Below are positions 39,296-52,896 of a DNA stretch of 64,000 bases, piece after piece. Location: the NCBI RefSeq assembly GCF_006345805.1, contig NC_043008.1:74958001-75022000 (forward strand). The letters run 5' to 3'. Positions within the stretch are counted from its first letter, which is position 1, and each line of letters starts with the position of its first letter. The position numbers and the translations under genes are program-made. The DNA is from Octopus sinensis (Eukaryota). The notes beneath the pieces are model-generated. The model saw nothing but the letters and a program-made list of their open reading frames with translations. It ran no database searches and was not told the DNA's origin.

Positions 39296-40440
39296 TATGA
39301 GGGTTCACTGTAAAGTTCATAGGCTGACTAAGATAACTTCATGAAATGTAACCAAATGAGATTTATTTTTCAACATAGTCCCCCTTGCAGTCCATGCATT
39401 TCTTCCATTGGTGTTGCAGTGCTCGTATCATCCTGTTGGTCAAAAAAATCATCAATAGCATATATGACATCATCATCATCACTGTAATATTGATTCCCAG
39501 CCTAGTGTTTTCATGTTGGGGAATAAATGATTGTCAGATGAGGCCAAACTAGTGGAACAGGGAGGTGATCAACCAGTTCAAAGTCATGGTCATGGATAGC
39601 AGCTATTGAAACCAAGGAGATGTGTGCTGGAGCATTGTCATGAAACCAGACCCCTTTTGTTAGTTTTTCTGGGTGTTTGGTCTTGATAGCTTTTCATAAC
39701 TGCCTCAGCAAGTTGGCACAGTATTCTCCATTATTGTTGTGGCCCTTTTGAAGATAGTCAATATACACAATGTCTTTTGCATCCCCAAAAACTGTGGACA
39801 TCATTCTCTCTGCAGATGAAATGACATTGGCCTTCTTTGGAGAAGGTGAGGAGGGGTGTTTTTACTGCATAGATTTTCTCTCTAGCTCAAAGTGATACAA
39901 CCCAACACTCAACCTGGGTTAGGAAACGTTCCAGGAAACTAGCTGGATCTGCCTGAAAGAATGACAGATTTTCCCAGGATCAGCCTGGTACACTTTTGAA
40001 CAGGAGTCAGAAGACATGGTAACCACTGAGCGGAAAACTTCATCATGCCAGGTTCATTGTGCAGAATATTCTCAACTCTCTCACAGGATATGCTAATAGC
40101 ATTGGTTATTTGATTTATAGTCAACTGTCTGTCATCCATCACCATATGGTGAACATAATCAATGTTTTCCTTGGTGGGGGCAATTGCAGGATGTCTAGAT
40201 CTTGTGTCATCTTCAAAACTGTCCCTTCCTTGCCTAAATTCAACAGCACTGTTGATAAAGCTGGAACATAATCCCCTAATATAGCAACCATGTTAGTATG
40301 AATGTCCTAGGGGGTAATCCCTTTTTCAACTCATACTTAATAACAGCATGATTCAAAATTTTGTTAATTTTCAAAAGAACTCTCTACTTGTTACTTTTGA
40401 AATTGTCTTTGAACAATCAGTTGTCTGTTTACTTGAACTG
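39296..40440 (-). mobile_element. Degraded mariner element
   Basis: TIR tatgagggttcactgtaaagttc; minus ORF DDRQLTINQITNAISISCERVENILHNEPGMMKFSAQWLPCLLT (HTH and WVP-linker remnant). Confidence 0.8.
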
Positions 40441-41739
40441 ATATAATGCATTTGTTAATAAGAAGAGTTGAAACTAATGCATGCCAGATTTCACAGCTAT
40501 GGTACCTCTCCTACAGTGGTATGGGTATATATGTAAGTTCATGGAATATGAAGGAGAGTGACAGATGGAAGGGAAATGCAGTGGGTGGTGAACATGGTGG
40601 AGACAACATCTGTCAAAATGTCAGTTGAAGTGGAAGGTGAAAGAAGTAGCTGGTGATTGTGGTGGCAAAGATGATGTAAAGTTATGTGGGGTGAGGTGTT
40701 AGAGTGATGTACAGTGCATGGATGAAATCAGAAGTACATAATAGTGGAAAAAGTAGTAGCTGAACTTAGGTCGTAGAAGACTGTCATTGGTAAAATGAGG
40801 TGTTGTACAGAAGAAAGGGAAGATAGAAAGGGAGTTCAGTAGAAAATAAAGTGGTAAGTGAGAATGTATGAGAAAAAAGAAGTGTTCCAAGGAGGATTAA
40901 TGATAAGATGGAAGGATGAAATATGTGCAGGTTCACTCTCATTGTTACAACAGCTGAGTGAATAGTGCCATAGTCAGAAGACTGATGTGGGGAGTGTCAA
41001 AGGAAGATGAATTGTGGGAGGGTTGTATATTAATAAGCTGAGTTGGGGTGGTGGTAGTGGAGGTGGGAGGAAAAGACTCTACTGGGACAAACTGGGTGCT
41101 GGGGCATAGGCACAAGCAATAAACTTTTAGGGCACCATTTTTGCTTAGATGGACAAGTCTTCTTGAGCACAGCAAATTGCCAATCATCTCAGTCCTTTGT
41201 CATCTCCATGAGACGCAGCATCCAGAGGTCATTCTTCACTATTACATCTTGGATCTCCCTCTCCCTCAAGTTCCATCCATGTATAGCAATTGGTATTCCT
41301 TTATGCGACTGTCCTCATCTCTGTGCATCACTTGACTATACCTGCTCAGTGTTCTCTTTAGCAGACACCTTCTGATACCTCTTATGCACAGTTTTTCTCT
41401 TAATACATTTTGTACTTTGTCACACATGCAAACTGACATTGCACATCAAGTAGAACATACAAGCTTTCTTTCTTTCAAGCCTTCAAGTGTCCTCTGCATT
41501 CACAATTCACATTTCACTTGTATGCAGCATTACTGTTCATATTCAAGGTTCATATTCAATCTGCCTTTCACTTTGAGACAGAGACATTTCATTGCTGGCA
41601 AAGGTAACTAATTCACTGACTTTCTCCATCCTATTTGTATTCTAGCAACTATACTTACACAGCATCCTCCTCCAGTGGAAGTATACTTGCTAGAATAAGA
41701 ATAGGATGGAGAAAGTTAACACAGATATGTGTGTGTGTG

Positions 41740-41794
<55 letters not shown>

Positions 41795-41813
41795 ACCTGT
41801 ATGCATATATATA

Positions 41814-41858
<45 letters not shown>

Positions 41859-41859
<1 letters not shown>

Positions 41860-42091
41860 GAGGTGCAATGGCCCAGTGGTTAGGGCAGCGGGTTCGTGGT
41901 TGTAGGATCGCAGTATCGATTCCCAGACCGGGCATTGTGAGTGTTTATTGAGCGAAAACATCTAAAGCTCCATGAGGCTCCAACAAGGGGGGGGGGCAAT
42001 CACTGCTGTACTCTTTCACCACAACTTTCTCTCACTCTTTCTTCGGTTGGCCTCCTCGCTTAGCCAGTGGGGTGGTGTCATTTGAAGGCTA
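41859..42091 (+). mobile_element. tRNA-derived SINE, family C
   Basis: ggaggtgcaatggcccagtggttagggcagcgg...tcgattcccagaccggg: clear Pol III A/B boxes followed by a non-tRNA body. Confidence 0.8.
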
Positions 42092-42644
42092 ATATTTATA
42101 TATATATTATTGTGTCTGGGGAGAGTCATTCTGTTTTAATGCTTTATTATTCAACACACTCACCAGTTCGGTTTCCACTCCTTTATTTATTTATTTTTTC
42201 TAAAATTTTCATTGCTTCTTGCAACCTCTTCAATAGTCATTGGCTCTGTCCATTATTAGAGCTGCGTTCTTTTTGTTTGTTTGTGTGCATGTGTGTGCAT
42301 TAGTGTGCATGTGCATACACATATGTATATCATTATTCAGTTTTATTTGTGTGTGTAAATCTGTCTCCTCGTGTGCATGTTTGAGTATGTATGTGTGTGC
42401 TTGTCTGTCCGTATTACCTGTGTACCTATCTATCTACTTATTTGTCAGTTTACTTACATATCCATTTACCTACTTATATACATATATACATCTTCATAAC
42501 AACCTACCAACAAATCTGTGTATGTATAAAGTGTGGGTACTGGGGTATATATATATGAAAGAATGTTTGAAAATGCAATTTTAACCTTCTTTCATATATA
42601 TTTCCACTCGTGCGGTATCTTACGACTTCACTTTGTTACATATA

Positions 42645-42688
<44 letters not shown>

Positions 42689-42757
42689 ATATATATGTAT
42701 ATATATATATATGTGTATATATATATATGTATATATATATATACATATATATATATG

Positions 42758-42806
<49 letters not shown>

Positions 42807-43588
42807 ATATATATATGTATACACACACACACATACACCTGTATGCATATATATATGTGCATATATATATATATGTGTGTGTGTGGTGTGTGTGTGTGTG
42901 GAGGCGCAATGGCCCAGTGGTTATATGTATGTATATATATATATATATGTATATATATGTATATATGTATATATGTATATATGTATATATATGTATATAT
43001 ATGTATATATGTATATATATGTAAATATAAATCTCTATGTATATGTGAGTGTGACTGTGTATATCTATATCTGTCTATATAACACACATTGTTATCACTT
43101 GGTTCTCTTTATATAAGTAAGTTCATTTCTAAATTAAGAATTTTCTTTGTTTACATCTTTCCAAAACATTAATTGAGGAATAAGTCACACACACACACAC
43201 ATACACTGAGAGGTACATAAACATACTTATGTAAACTTTTACACATCTTTATATTTTAAAATATTTTTTACCTCAAGATTATTCTAAATGTGTGAAGAAA
43301 GCAAAAAAACTTAAAATGTTTGATGGAAGGTTTTTTTTTTATATATAGTTCTATTCTGAAATAGTTGCCAAATTTACTGTATTTGATGGAGACGTTTATT
43401 TTTGAATTTAACTGTTTTTTTTTATTTGTTATATCATATTAACATTAAACAGTATAAAAACTTTTTTTCATCACTGATTCATAAAGAACAGAATTAGGGA
43501 CTGGGTGGAGTGTTTAATAATTTTTGTGATATGATACCCTCCTTATTTTTGCATGCATTTATCTATATATACAAACATAGATGTGTAC

Positions 43589-43635
<47 letters not shown>

Positions 43636-43662
43636 TACACTACACAAACACACACACACACA

Positions 43663-43693
<31 letters not shown>

Positions 43694-44608
43694 TTGAAAG
43701 TGAGAAGATGTCATATCACAAATTTTATTAAAAATGAAAGACTAGTCCTGATCCCTTCCTCTACAGTGAACATGTGTTTATGTGTGTAACATATATATGT
43801 GTGTATGTGTGTGTTTGTGTATAATTGCTTGTGTGTATATATTTGTATGCATGTATTCATACACACACACACACACACACACACATACACACATACACAC
43901 ACACACACACACACATACACACACACACACACACACAGATTCTGTAGAATGGAATTCTCTGTGTCTAGAAATGACAGTAAATTTGTTTGTTATATGACTG
44001 AAGATTACCTCTGAGAATTTTGGAAACCAAATTTGAAATCTGTCAGTTTACATCATTTCCTGCAGTGAAAATCAAATCTATAACTATTGAATTAAACATT
44101 ATTTTTGTTGTTGTTGTTGTTGTCATTATTGAGTTTCTTCCAGCTTTGCCTTGAATTCTGAGATTGCAAGGCTGTCTTGAGGAAATATAGTGTTTTGTGT
44201 GTATCTGTATTTACATAAATATGTATATGTCAGTGGTTGCATGGTATGCAAACGTGTGTGTGTGTGTATAAATATGTATTATTTAAAACAATTTAATTCG
44301 GCTCCATGCGACTTAGAGTTCCGCAGGCCTCAAATAGAAGCTTGTCTCTAGAGACCTGTGAAACTTTATATTGCATGGAACCAAATCAAACTGTTTCAAA
44401 TAATACATGTAATTCTTACTACATGTGTTGAGTGCCTTTTTCTTTCAGTTGTTCACTCATTCATATAAAAGCTGTGGTCTCAGATTCTGTTCCACTGCAT
44501 GGCACCTTGCACAAGTGTCCTCTCCTACAGCCCCAGACTGACCAAAGCCTTGTGAGAGGATTCGTTAGATGGAAACTGAAAGAAATATGTTGTGTGTGTA
44601 TCTGTGTG

Positions 44609-44641
<33 letters not shown>

Positions 44642-45339
44642 AAGTCAATGACAGGAATGGAAGAAGTATTTATGCTCTACACCTGTTTCAGAAATGCATG
44701 ATCTATTATGCATCATTAAAACTGTCCCATAATTCTGCAACGTGTAGTGCATAACTGCGTCTTCATTTTCTTTCATTCACTTATTCAGTTATCATATACT
44801 AAGCAGCATAAACTACTTTTCTACTGGAGTTGTATAGCATTTGTCCTGTAATGAGGATTACTTCAAAGTTTTCATATGAGGAAAGTGCATTTGGTATATG
44901 GATTAATAAACTTTATAGATGAATAATCATTTCCTTCACATTTTCTATACAAGCTGATGTAAGCTGAAGACTAACTATTTTACTATCTGTGTTTGTGTAC
45001 CCGTTGCTTTAACATCACTTGATGGTTGTAAATGAGCAGCATCACTGGAATACAAGTGATATTGCTTGTTTCCAGTGTTCTACATCTGGCCCTGGGGAAA
45101 TATTGCCTTGATTGGGAATAGGTGTATATGTGTATGTGTGTGGGTGTATGTCAGTCTGTTTCAGTGTCTGTGTGTGTGCATCTCTCTCTCTCTCTATATA
45201 TATATATATGTGTGTGTGTGTGTCTATGTGTATATATATGTGTGTGCAGGAATATATGAATACACACACATACATATGTGGGGAACTGGCCACTGGTACA
45301 AGAACATAAGGATAGCCTCATCTTTTGCCTAACTTGAGC

Positions 45340-46400
45340 ACCCATGCCGGTGCCATGTAAAAGGCACTTGTGCTAGTGACACATAAGAAGCACTGATGCC
45401 AGTGCCATGTAACAGCACCCATTCTGGTGCTATGTAAAATGCTCCCTGTACACTCTTTAAAGTGGTTGGTATCTGGAAGAATGTTCCACCATAGAAGCCA
45501 TGCCAAACCGACAAGTGGGGCATGGTACAGTCCTTCAGCTGACCAGCTCCTGTCAAGCCATCCAACCCATGACAGCAGAAAACACATTAAATGATGTTGT
45601 TACTTACTACATAAAGGAAATTTCACTTTTTCCTCCTCTTCCAGTTCAAACTGCTCACATGATAATGGTGATCATTGCTTGGAGGTGATGATTAGCATCA
45701 CTTTTGGTTGTTGCTTTTAAGACATCGTCAACATTCTTATCATACTGACACTACTCCTCTTTCTTCATAGCTATTGGCCACTTAACCTGACTATGCTTTG
45801 TTACTCTGTGTAAGTCCAGTGCTTGCAATATCTGGATCTTTCAGGAACTGGATTAGATCCGGGTCTAGCTCCCTTTGAACCCCACCAGAAATGGTTCCTA
45901 TGTGCTGTGGTACTTGTACTATTTCCATACATTTTACCATTACCTTCTGAAAAGTGTGTGTGTTTGTGTGTGTGATCATCATCATTATTATTTAATGTCT
46001 GTTTTCCATGCTTGGATGTTTCGACAAGTGTTATCAAGCCAGATGACTGCAACTAGTTCCACTGTCTGTTTTGGTATGGCTTTTACAGCACCAACCACTT
46101 TACAGAGTGGACTGGGAGGGTTTTATATGGCACCAGCAAGATCTGCTTTGGCATGGTTTTTACAGTTGGATGCCCTTACTAACATCAACCACTTTACATA
46201 GTGGATTGGGGGTTTATCATCATCATCATTGTTTATCGTTTAACGTCTGCTTTCCATGCTAGCATGGGTTGGACGATTTGACTGAGGGCTGGCGAACCAG
46301 ATGGCTGCACCAGGCTCCAAACTTGATCTGGCAGAGTTTCTACAGCTGGATGCCTTTCCTGACACCAACCACTCCGAGAGCGTAGTGGGTGTTTTTACAT
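45340..46400. mobile_element. Cluster of RTE 3'-tail fragments (one +, two -)
   Basis: catcatcatc...ttttccatgct...ggatgcccttcct motifs near 45975 and 46220; + copy 45340-45600. Confidence 0.75.
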
Positions 46401-46411
46401 GCCCCCAGCAT

Positions 46412-46631
46412 GGGGGCCGGCTGGCAGAAACGTTAGCATGCTGGGCAAAATGCGTAGCCGTATTTCGTCTGAGTTCAAATTCCGCCGAGGTCGACTTTGC
46501 CTTTCATCCTTTCGGGGTCAATTAAATAAGTACCAGTTATGCACTGGGGTTGATGTAATCGACTTAATCCATTTGTCTGTCCTTGTTTGTCCCCTCTGTG
46601 TTTAGCCCCTTGTGGGTAGTAAAGAAATAGG
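46412..46631 (+). mobile_element. SINE family B variant
   Basis: gctggcagaaacgttagc...gaggtcgactttgcctttcatcctttcggggtc...aagaaatagg. Confidence 0.85.
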
Positions 46632-46947
46632 CATGGGGGCCAGTCAGGCAGTACTGGCAATGACCTCACTTGAATCTTTTTACACGTACCACCAGCACAG
46701 GTGCTAGTAAGGTGATGCTAGTAACAGTCAAGCTCAAATGGGGCCTTTTACGTACCACTGGCACAGAAGCCAGTTAGCTGCTCTGGCAACGATCATGCTC
46801 GGATGGTGCTAGCACGGGTGCAAATTTTAAATGAGTTGAAGCTTCTCTTAACAATTTTTATCCTGAAAATCATCTGCGTAAATTACACAAGTGTGCAAAT
46901 TACATGGGTTTTTATGGTATATATACTTACATGTGTATATATATATA

Positions 46948-46988
<41 letters not shown>

Positions 46989-47057
46989 CTTACATGAGTA
47001 TGTATATATATATATATATATACACACACACATGTGTATGTATATATGCATATGTAC

Positions 47058-47860
47058 ATCATCATCATCATGTCTGTTTTCCATGCTGGCATGGGTTGGA
47101 GGGTTTGACTGGGGATTGGTGAGCTAGGAGGCTGCACCAGGCTCCAATCTTATCTGGCAATGTTTCTACCGCTGTATGCCCTTCACTCCAAGAGTGTAGT
47201 GGCTGCTTTTTACGTGCCACCGGCACGGGAGCCAGTCACGGGTTCCTGGCATTGGCCACATACGGATGGTGGTTTTTATGTGCCACTGGCACAGGAGCTA
47301 GTTGGGGCAGGGAAGCTGGCAGCAACCTACGCATGAATTGTGCTTATTGTGTGATGTCAGCATGAGACCCAGGCAGGCGGCACTGGTATTGGCCACAACT
47401 ACAATTTCCATTTGATTGTGATTTGATCCGATTTTGATTTACTTAACTCAATAGGTCTCCTCAAGCATGGCATGTCACCCAATGATTCAAAGGTACTTTT
47501 TAGATGGGCTGGTTATGCGACACTGGTGTAGACTATGGCTGTGATCTCTCTTTTCTTGCAGGGTCTTCTCAGTCACAGCATATCTCCAGAGGTCTCAGTT
47601 TTTTGTCATTGCTTCTGTGAGGCCCAATGTTTAAAGTTCATGCTTCACCACCTCATCCAATGTCTTCCTGGGTCTCCCTCTTCCACAATTTCCTACCACT
47701 GATAGGGATTGTCACTTCTTCACACAGCTCTCCTCATCGATACGTAGCACATGACCATACAAGCGCAGTTGTCTCTCTTGCACACCACATCTGATGCTCC
47801 TTATGTCCAACATTTCTCTCAGGGCGCTTACACTCTGTTGTGTGTAGACACTGACGTTAC
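47058..47860 (-). mobile_element. RTE LINE 3' fragment
   Basis: Homologous to 52897-53640, including the WYGHV...GRGRPRKT coding remnant and the (GAT)n tail. Confidence 0.85.
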
Positions 47861-47944
47861 ACATTCAATATATATGTACTTACATACATGTATAAATATA
47901 TATATATACATATAATCACTTACATACAGGTATATATGTATATA

Positions 47945-48105
47945 ACTAGTCACTAAAACTTTTTTTACTTTTTCTCTCTGTTTATTTCTGTGTTCCTTTC
48001 TCTTGAAGAGAGCATAGGCTCGAAACGTAAAAGACTTTCTTCCGAGCGTTAAACTAATACCCATCTTCATCTTTTGTTTTGTTTGTTTCTTTCGTAAATT
48101 CCAAC
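47945..48105 (+). mobile_element. Penelope-like terminal repeat fragment with degenerate hammerhead-like motif
   Basis: cttt-CTCTTGA-a-gaGAGCatagGCTC-GAAACGTA-aaag. Confidence 0.45.
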
Positions 48106-48133
48106 TATAGATATATGTACATACATGTATGCA

Positions 48134-48173
<40 letters not shown>

Positions 48174-49128
48174 TTCCTTGGATTTCACATCTTACCCTAT
48201 TACGTAAGTTTGTTTCTTGTTGAGACAAGTATTGGAAGGTAATATATTGGGGAAGATGTATTCTTTAAAGCTTGTGCATTTTAGTTCCATCCCAGATAAC
48301 TGTGAATACTGATGTTCAATGAAAAGTGTTTTACTCAGAGATACAACAGAATGGTGCTTGCAGCTAGAACAGAACACTCAAAGCTGAATCAGAAGTGTAG
48401 CACAGTACCTTTACTAGTTAACCATCTTCTCAGCTAATTCTATCACCTAACTTTAAGATGCAGCAATGTCTTCCAGTCTTTTTCTTTTAATATCAATAAA
48501 ATCTGATTGGGTCAGAGATATTAGTTAATCGGAGGAAGTTATTGCAAGAGAGAAGAGCTATCTAGCCTCACCACACAGAATCTGTCTTTGTTTCACATTA
48601 ATGTAGTCAATGAAACAGCAAATATATTCACAGTTATAGTGGTGGTGGTTTGGTGGTGTTGATGGTGGCAGTAGTAGTAATAGTGGGGTGGTTGTAGCAG
48701 TAGCTATTATCTTATTGAAATTAAAAGCTCTTTACTCTGATATCGTTGATCTTAAGTAATAAAGTTCCAATTTTTGCTTTTACCATAATGATTTCTTATA
48801 CCGTCATGATTCCTTAGATTTAAATATGATGCTTGGGTGGTTTGGTAGAGGGAAGGGCTGTGAGATTCTGTGCCATAATTAAAAGTAAGTTTCTGATTCT
48901 CTACAACACAATATGTGCCATGAGCCTTTAAGCCGACTCTCTGTGTTTTAGTGTAATGAAATAACCTTCAGATCACACACTACTGTTACACATGAGATAA
49001 TGGAGATTTAAAGATGCTACTTGAATAAAAGTTGAGCTGGTCATGGCTGGAATACCAGTTGACCATTGAATTCTTTATCACAGTTAACATGGGGTTAAAT
49101 AGCAACTTCATATTGGTTTCAAAGTGTT

Positions 49129-49330
49129 TGGCACAAGGCCAGCAAGATCAAGGGTGAGGGTAAGTCAATTACATTGACCCCAGTCCTCAACTGGTCCTTA
49201 TTTTATCAACCCCAAGAGGATGAAAGGCTAAGTTGACCCCAGTAGCATTTGAACTCAGAACATAAAGACAGATGAAATACCACTAAGCATTTTGCCCAGT
49301 GTGATAACGATTCTGCTAACCTGCCACCTT
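49129..49330 (-). mobile_element. SINE family B, minus strand (its first ~94 bp recur at 50690-50783)
   Basis: caactggtccttattttatcaaccccaagaggatgaaaggctaagttgacc...ctgccacctt. Confidence 0.8.
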
Positions 49331-49366
49331 ATAAATAACAACTTGTTATTAGCTAATATTTCTCTT

Positions 49367-49397
<31 letters not shown>

Positions 49398-50784
49398 TCA
49401 TTTGGTCACACACACACATACATCACCATCATCTTCACTGCTGTCATTGTTATCATCATCACCAATATCATCATCATCATTTTATGTCTGCTTCCTATGC
49501 TGGTGTGGGTTGGATGGGTTGTCTCAGTTCTGAATACTAATTTAGAGTTACTACCCTCTTAGACATGTTCAAGGACTGTACTTTGCTCCTGTGGCTGGAT
49601 TCTGTCCCTAACATCAACCACTTCACTGAATGTACTGGGTGTATTTTATCATAGTAGCTTCACCAGATAAGTTGTCATGTCTTCAGCAAGAGTAAAGAAC
49701 AATCTTGTCAAATCTGAAGTGTTTCTGTTCATTGAAGACAGCATGAAAAAGAGGAGTGAATGGTAGAGTTATAAAAGTGTGTGTGTGTATGTGTGGTGGG
49801 GGTATTATGACATGGAGAGCAGTGTGATAAGAGTGTAATGGGGAAGTGACGGAGGACTGACTGAAATAGCAGCTTGTGCATGTTACCAGTGTATGAGAGA
49901 GATTGAATGTTAATAAAGGTGGATAAGAGTGTAAGAGAGTTATGGATGTCAATACTGATGGCCTGGGAAGGCTATCAGCATAGAAAGTGAGATAAGTGGG
50001 TGTGTTAGTTATGGATAAATCAAGTAATATCCCTCATACACAGGTATCTTGATGGGAGAGACAGGTAGGATAGGGGTAGATGTGGGTTTTAGAATATGCT
50101 CATGTCCACAAATATCCTCACAACATGGGTAACATGATGTTGTGAGTGGAAGATGGGCTAAATGGAATGGTGGAGTGTAAAAGCTGGAGAAATTAAGGTC
50201 ATTCCATTCCTAACTGTATAGTGACCATGATAGAGTAACATTGGGTGACTGAAAGAAGAGCATGCAGTGCGAGTGATGAGTGATAAGAATGGTAGGTAGA
50301 GACAGAGTGTGAGTGACAGGTGACTGAGAGTAGGAGGTGACTGTTTCAGATAGGTGGGAAGAAGATAGAGGGTTATCAGACAAAGATGCAATTGTAAATA
50401 AAAATCACTCAGCATTAATGCCTTGTTTTAATGTTCTCGTGCTAATGTTATCCAACAGAGAAATGTGTGTAGTTAATCATTGCTAACCATCTCCATCAGG
50501 AAGCTCAGCATCTTAAGATTGGTGTTTGTTCCATATCTTCCTTGGTCTTTCTTTCTTCCACATTTAGAACTTCCTTATACAGCATTCATTCCCCCTTATG
50601 CATTATATTGCTGTACCAACAGTCTTCTCTGATTTCTCTGATTTCTCTATCTATCTATTTATTTATCTATCTATCTATCTAATCCTTGTTTGGCACATGG
50701 CCAGCAAGATCAAGGGTGAGGGTAAGTCAATTACATTGACCCCAGTCCTCAACTGGTGCTTATTTTATCAATCCCAAGAGGATT

Positions 50785-52000
50785 ATGTATAAACACCCTT
50801 GGGCAAGCTGCATGGCATGAGTACACTTGCTCATACAAGCAATCCTGTACAACACGCTCAATCAAATAAGCCTAACAACAGATATAGGAATCAGGATGTC
50901 CTCTGGTTCAACCTGATTTTCAGTTTGCATGTTTCAACCAAGATCGCCGGAAAATATTTTGCTGCTTTGGACAGGTATTTTCCTAAATCTAATCGGTATC
51001 ATGCTATTTTTAATTGACACACTCTGAAGGTATTCTATGCCAATTCTGCTAATTTAGAGCAGCTTATGCATCACATGAACAATAGCAAAATGTGGCAAAG
51101 GTTCAATAACCCACCTACTGGATCTAGTGAACATTTGCATCTAAATACCAACCAAGGAGATATAAACCACAAGGATAAACATCAACTACGACCAATTTGT
51201 AGTAGTAGAAATACTTATGATACAGCTAGCATGGTAACAACGCTGGTAAATGGAGTCAGGACTGACTTATATACTAATAAATACAATAAATGCTCATGCA
51301 GAGAAAAATCAAAATGTGCTTTAATGAATCTCTGTATGAATACAAATCTTGTATATAAATGTACTGTGCACACAAGGGGCGGGCCCTATGTTTACATTGG
51401 GCAGACGGCTTTAAGACAGTCAATAAGAGACATTGACCATCTTTGGCAGATTTTGTATGGCAACTGAAGGACGATAAAACAAAGTACAGCATTAATTGGT
51501 CCATTGTAAATTATGTGAAATCATGCAAGATAATTTTCAGGAGATGCCATTTCTGCTCCGAGGAATCCCTGTCTATTCTGTGGACTAACAAGAAGATAAT
51601 TAATAGAATTTCTTAATAACTCTCAAGATGCCTTCATGCATATAAATGTACTTTCGCACAATGCAGTGAGAATGAATTTTGAGTAACTGTTAACTTAATT
51701 TAATTTACTTTAAGGTATGGATGACTTAGGTTTACTTTTAAGCTCCCCATTTTTATAAACACCAAGCTGATAAATAACTCACTTTGTGATGATGAGTGCA
51801 TCAAAGTGATCATGAGTGTATGCTTTGTGATCATGAGTGTATGCTTTGTGATCATGAGTGTATGCTTTGTGATCATGAGTGTATGCTTTGTGATCATGAG
51901 TGTATGCTTTGTGATCATGAGTGTATGCTCACATTTTTGCGAATGCTTGCATGAGCGAGTGTACTCATGCCATGCAGCTTACCCAAGGGCGTTTATACAT
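50785..52000 (+). mobile_element. Penelope-like element fragment (GIY-YIG endonuclease region) bracketed by 56-bp inverted repeats
   Basis: RNQDVLWFNLIFS...YFPKSNRYHAIFN, CSCREKSKCALMNLCMNTNLVYKCTV...VYIGQT and WQLKDDKTKYSINWSI...CHFCSEE; 50785-50840 is the reverse complement of 51945-52000 with 4 mismatches. Confidence 0.85.
51806..51929. repeat. 21-bp minisatellite, 6 copies (gtgatcatgagtgtatgcttt)
   Basis: Five perfect units plus one partial; a diverged unit precedes them near 51786. Confidence 0.95.
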
Positions 52001-52350
52001 CCATACCTGTTAACAGCTATATTTTTAATACTTTTCTCACTGGATTGTGTATTCGTTTGTTTTTTAGTCATTTGTGATTTCATTTTTGATCTTCTATATA
52101 AATGAAGATATTTCCTCCATCTGGCAGCTTTTCCCTCTACAAATCAGAAAGTTATGTTATGGAACAGTCATTTTTATGAGTTATATTTATTTATCACCCA
52201 ACGAGATACATCTGCACGGCCAGATGCTCCTGAACCAGTTGTTGAGTGTCCCACCCAAGAGGAATTGATGCTAGATGTGTCGAAAGAATTGTCGTGATTA
52301 ATAATAAATTCTCGTATATTCCATCTTCTGTCTTTCATTTGCTGTGTTTC

Positions 52351-52413
<63 letters not shown>

Positions 52414-52432
52414 GTGAATACTGTATTTCCAG

Positions 52433-52489
52433 ACTGGAGTGAAAAAGCTAAGTTTGCTGAACTGGAACGTTTACAAAAGGAAAACACAG
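52433..52489 (+). CDS. Coding exon 6 (DWSEKAKFAELERLQKENT), start of a predicted coiled coil; gene apparently continues beyond the window
   Basis: gtatttcCAG acceptor and AG|GTAAAC donor; phase 1 matches exon 5; charged helical peptide. No convincing next exon found in 52490-64000. Confidence 0.7.
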
Positions 52490-52896
52490 GTAAACTAATT
52501 TTTTCTCTTCGTTTAACCAGATTTGATGTTATGTATTGTATACATTTGTTAGATACAGCTCTATCTGTCTTTATTCATTGTTACTTATCCCTTTGGGTAA
52601 GAGTGATATTGAAACAACTGTCACATTTACATCTAGTTGGGTGTGGTATAGGCTGGTGTTGATACAGCCACAGTTACATTTACAACTGGGTAGCTGTGAT
52701 GTATGCTGGTACTGAAACAATTATTGGTACATTTTCATTTGGCTGTTTGTGATGTTGGCTAGCTACTTTTACAGGTCATGAATATGGTCCCACTTGCTTT
52801 GAATAAGTTATATATATGAGGGTGGGCTGAAAAGTTCCTAGCTTTAAGGGAATTGCAAAAGGCTTGGCTGGAGGTTCAACCTTCCAAGATCTTTTA

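Noticed and set aside
51806-51929. CRISPR-like regular repeat
   Set aside because: Contiguous 21-bp units with no spacers, in a eukaryotic context: a minisatellite.
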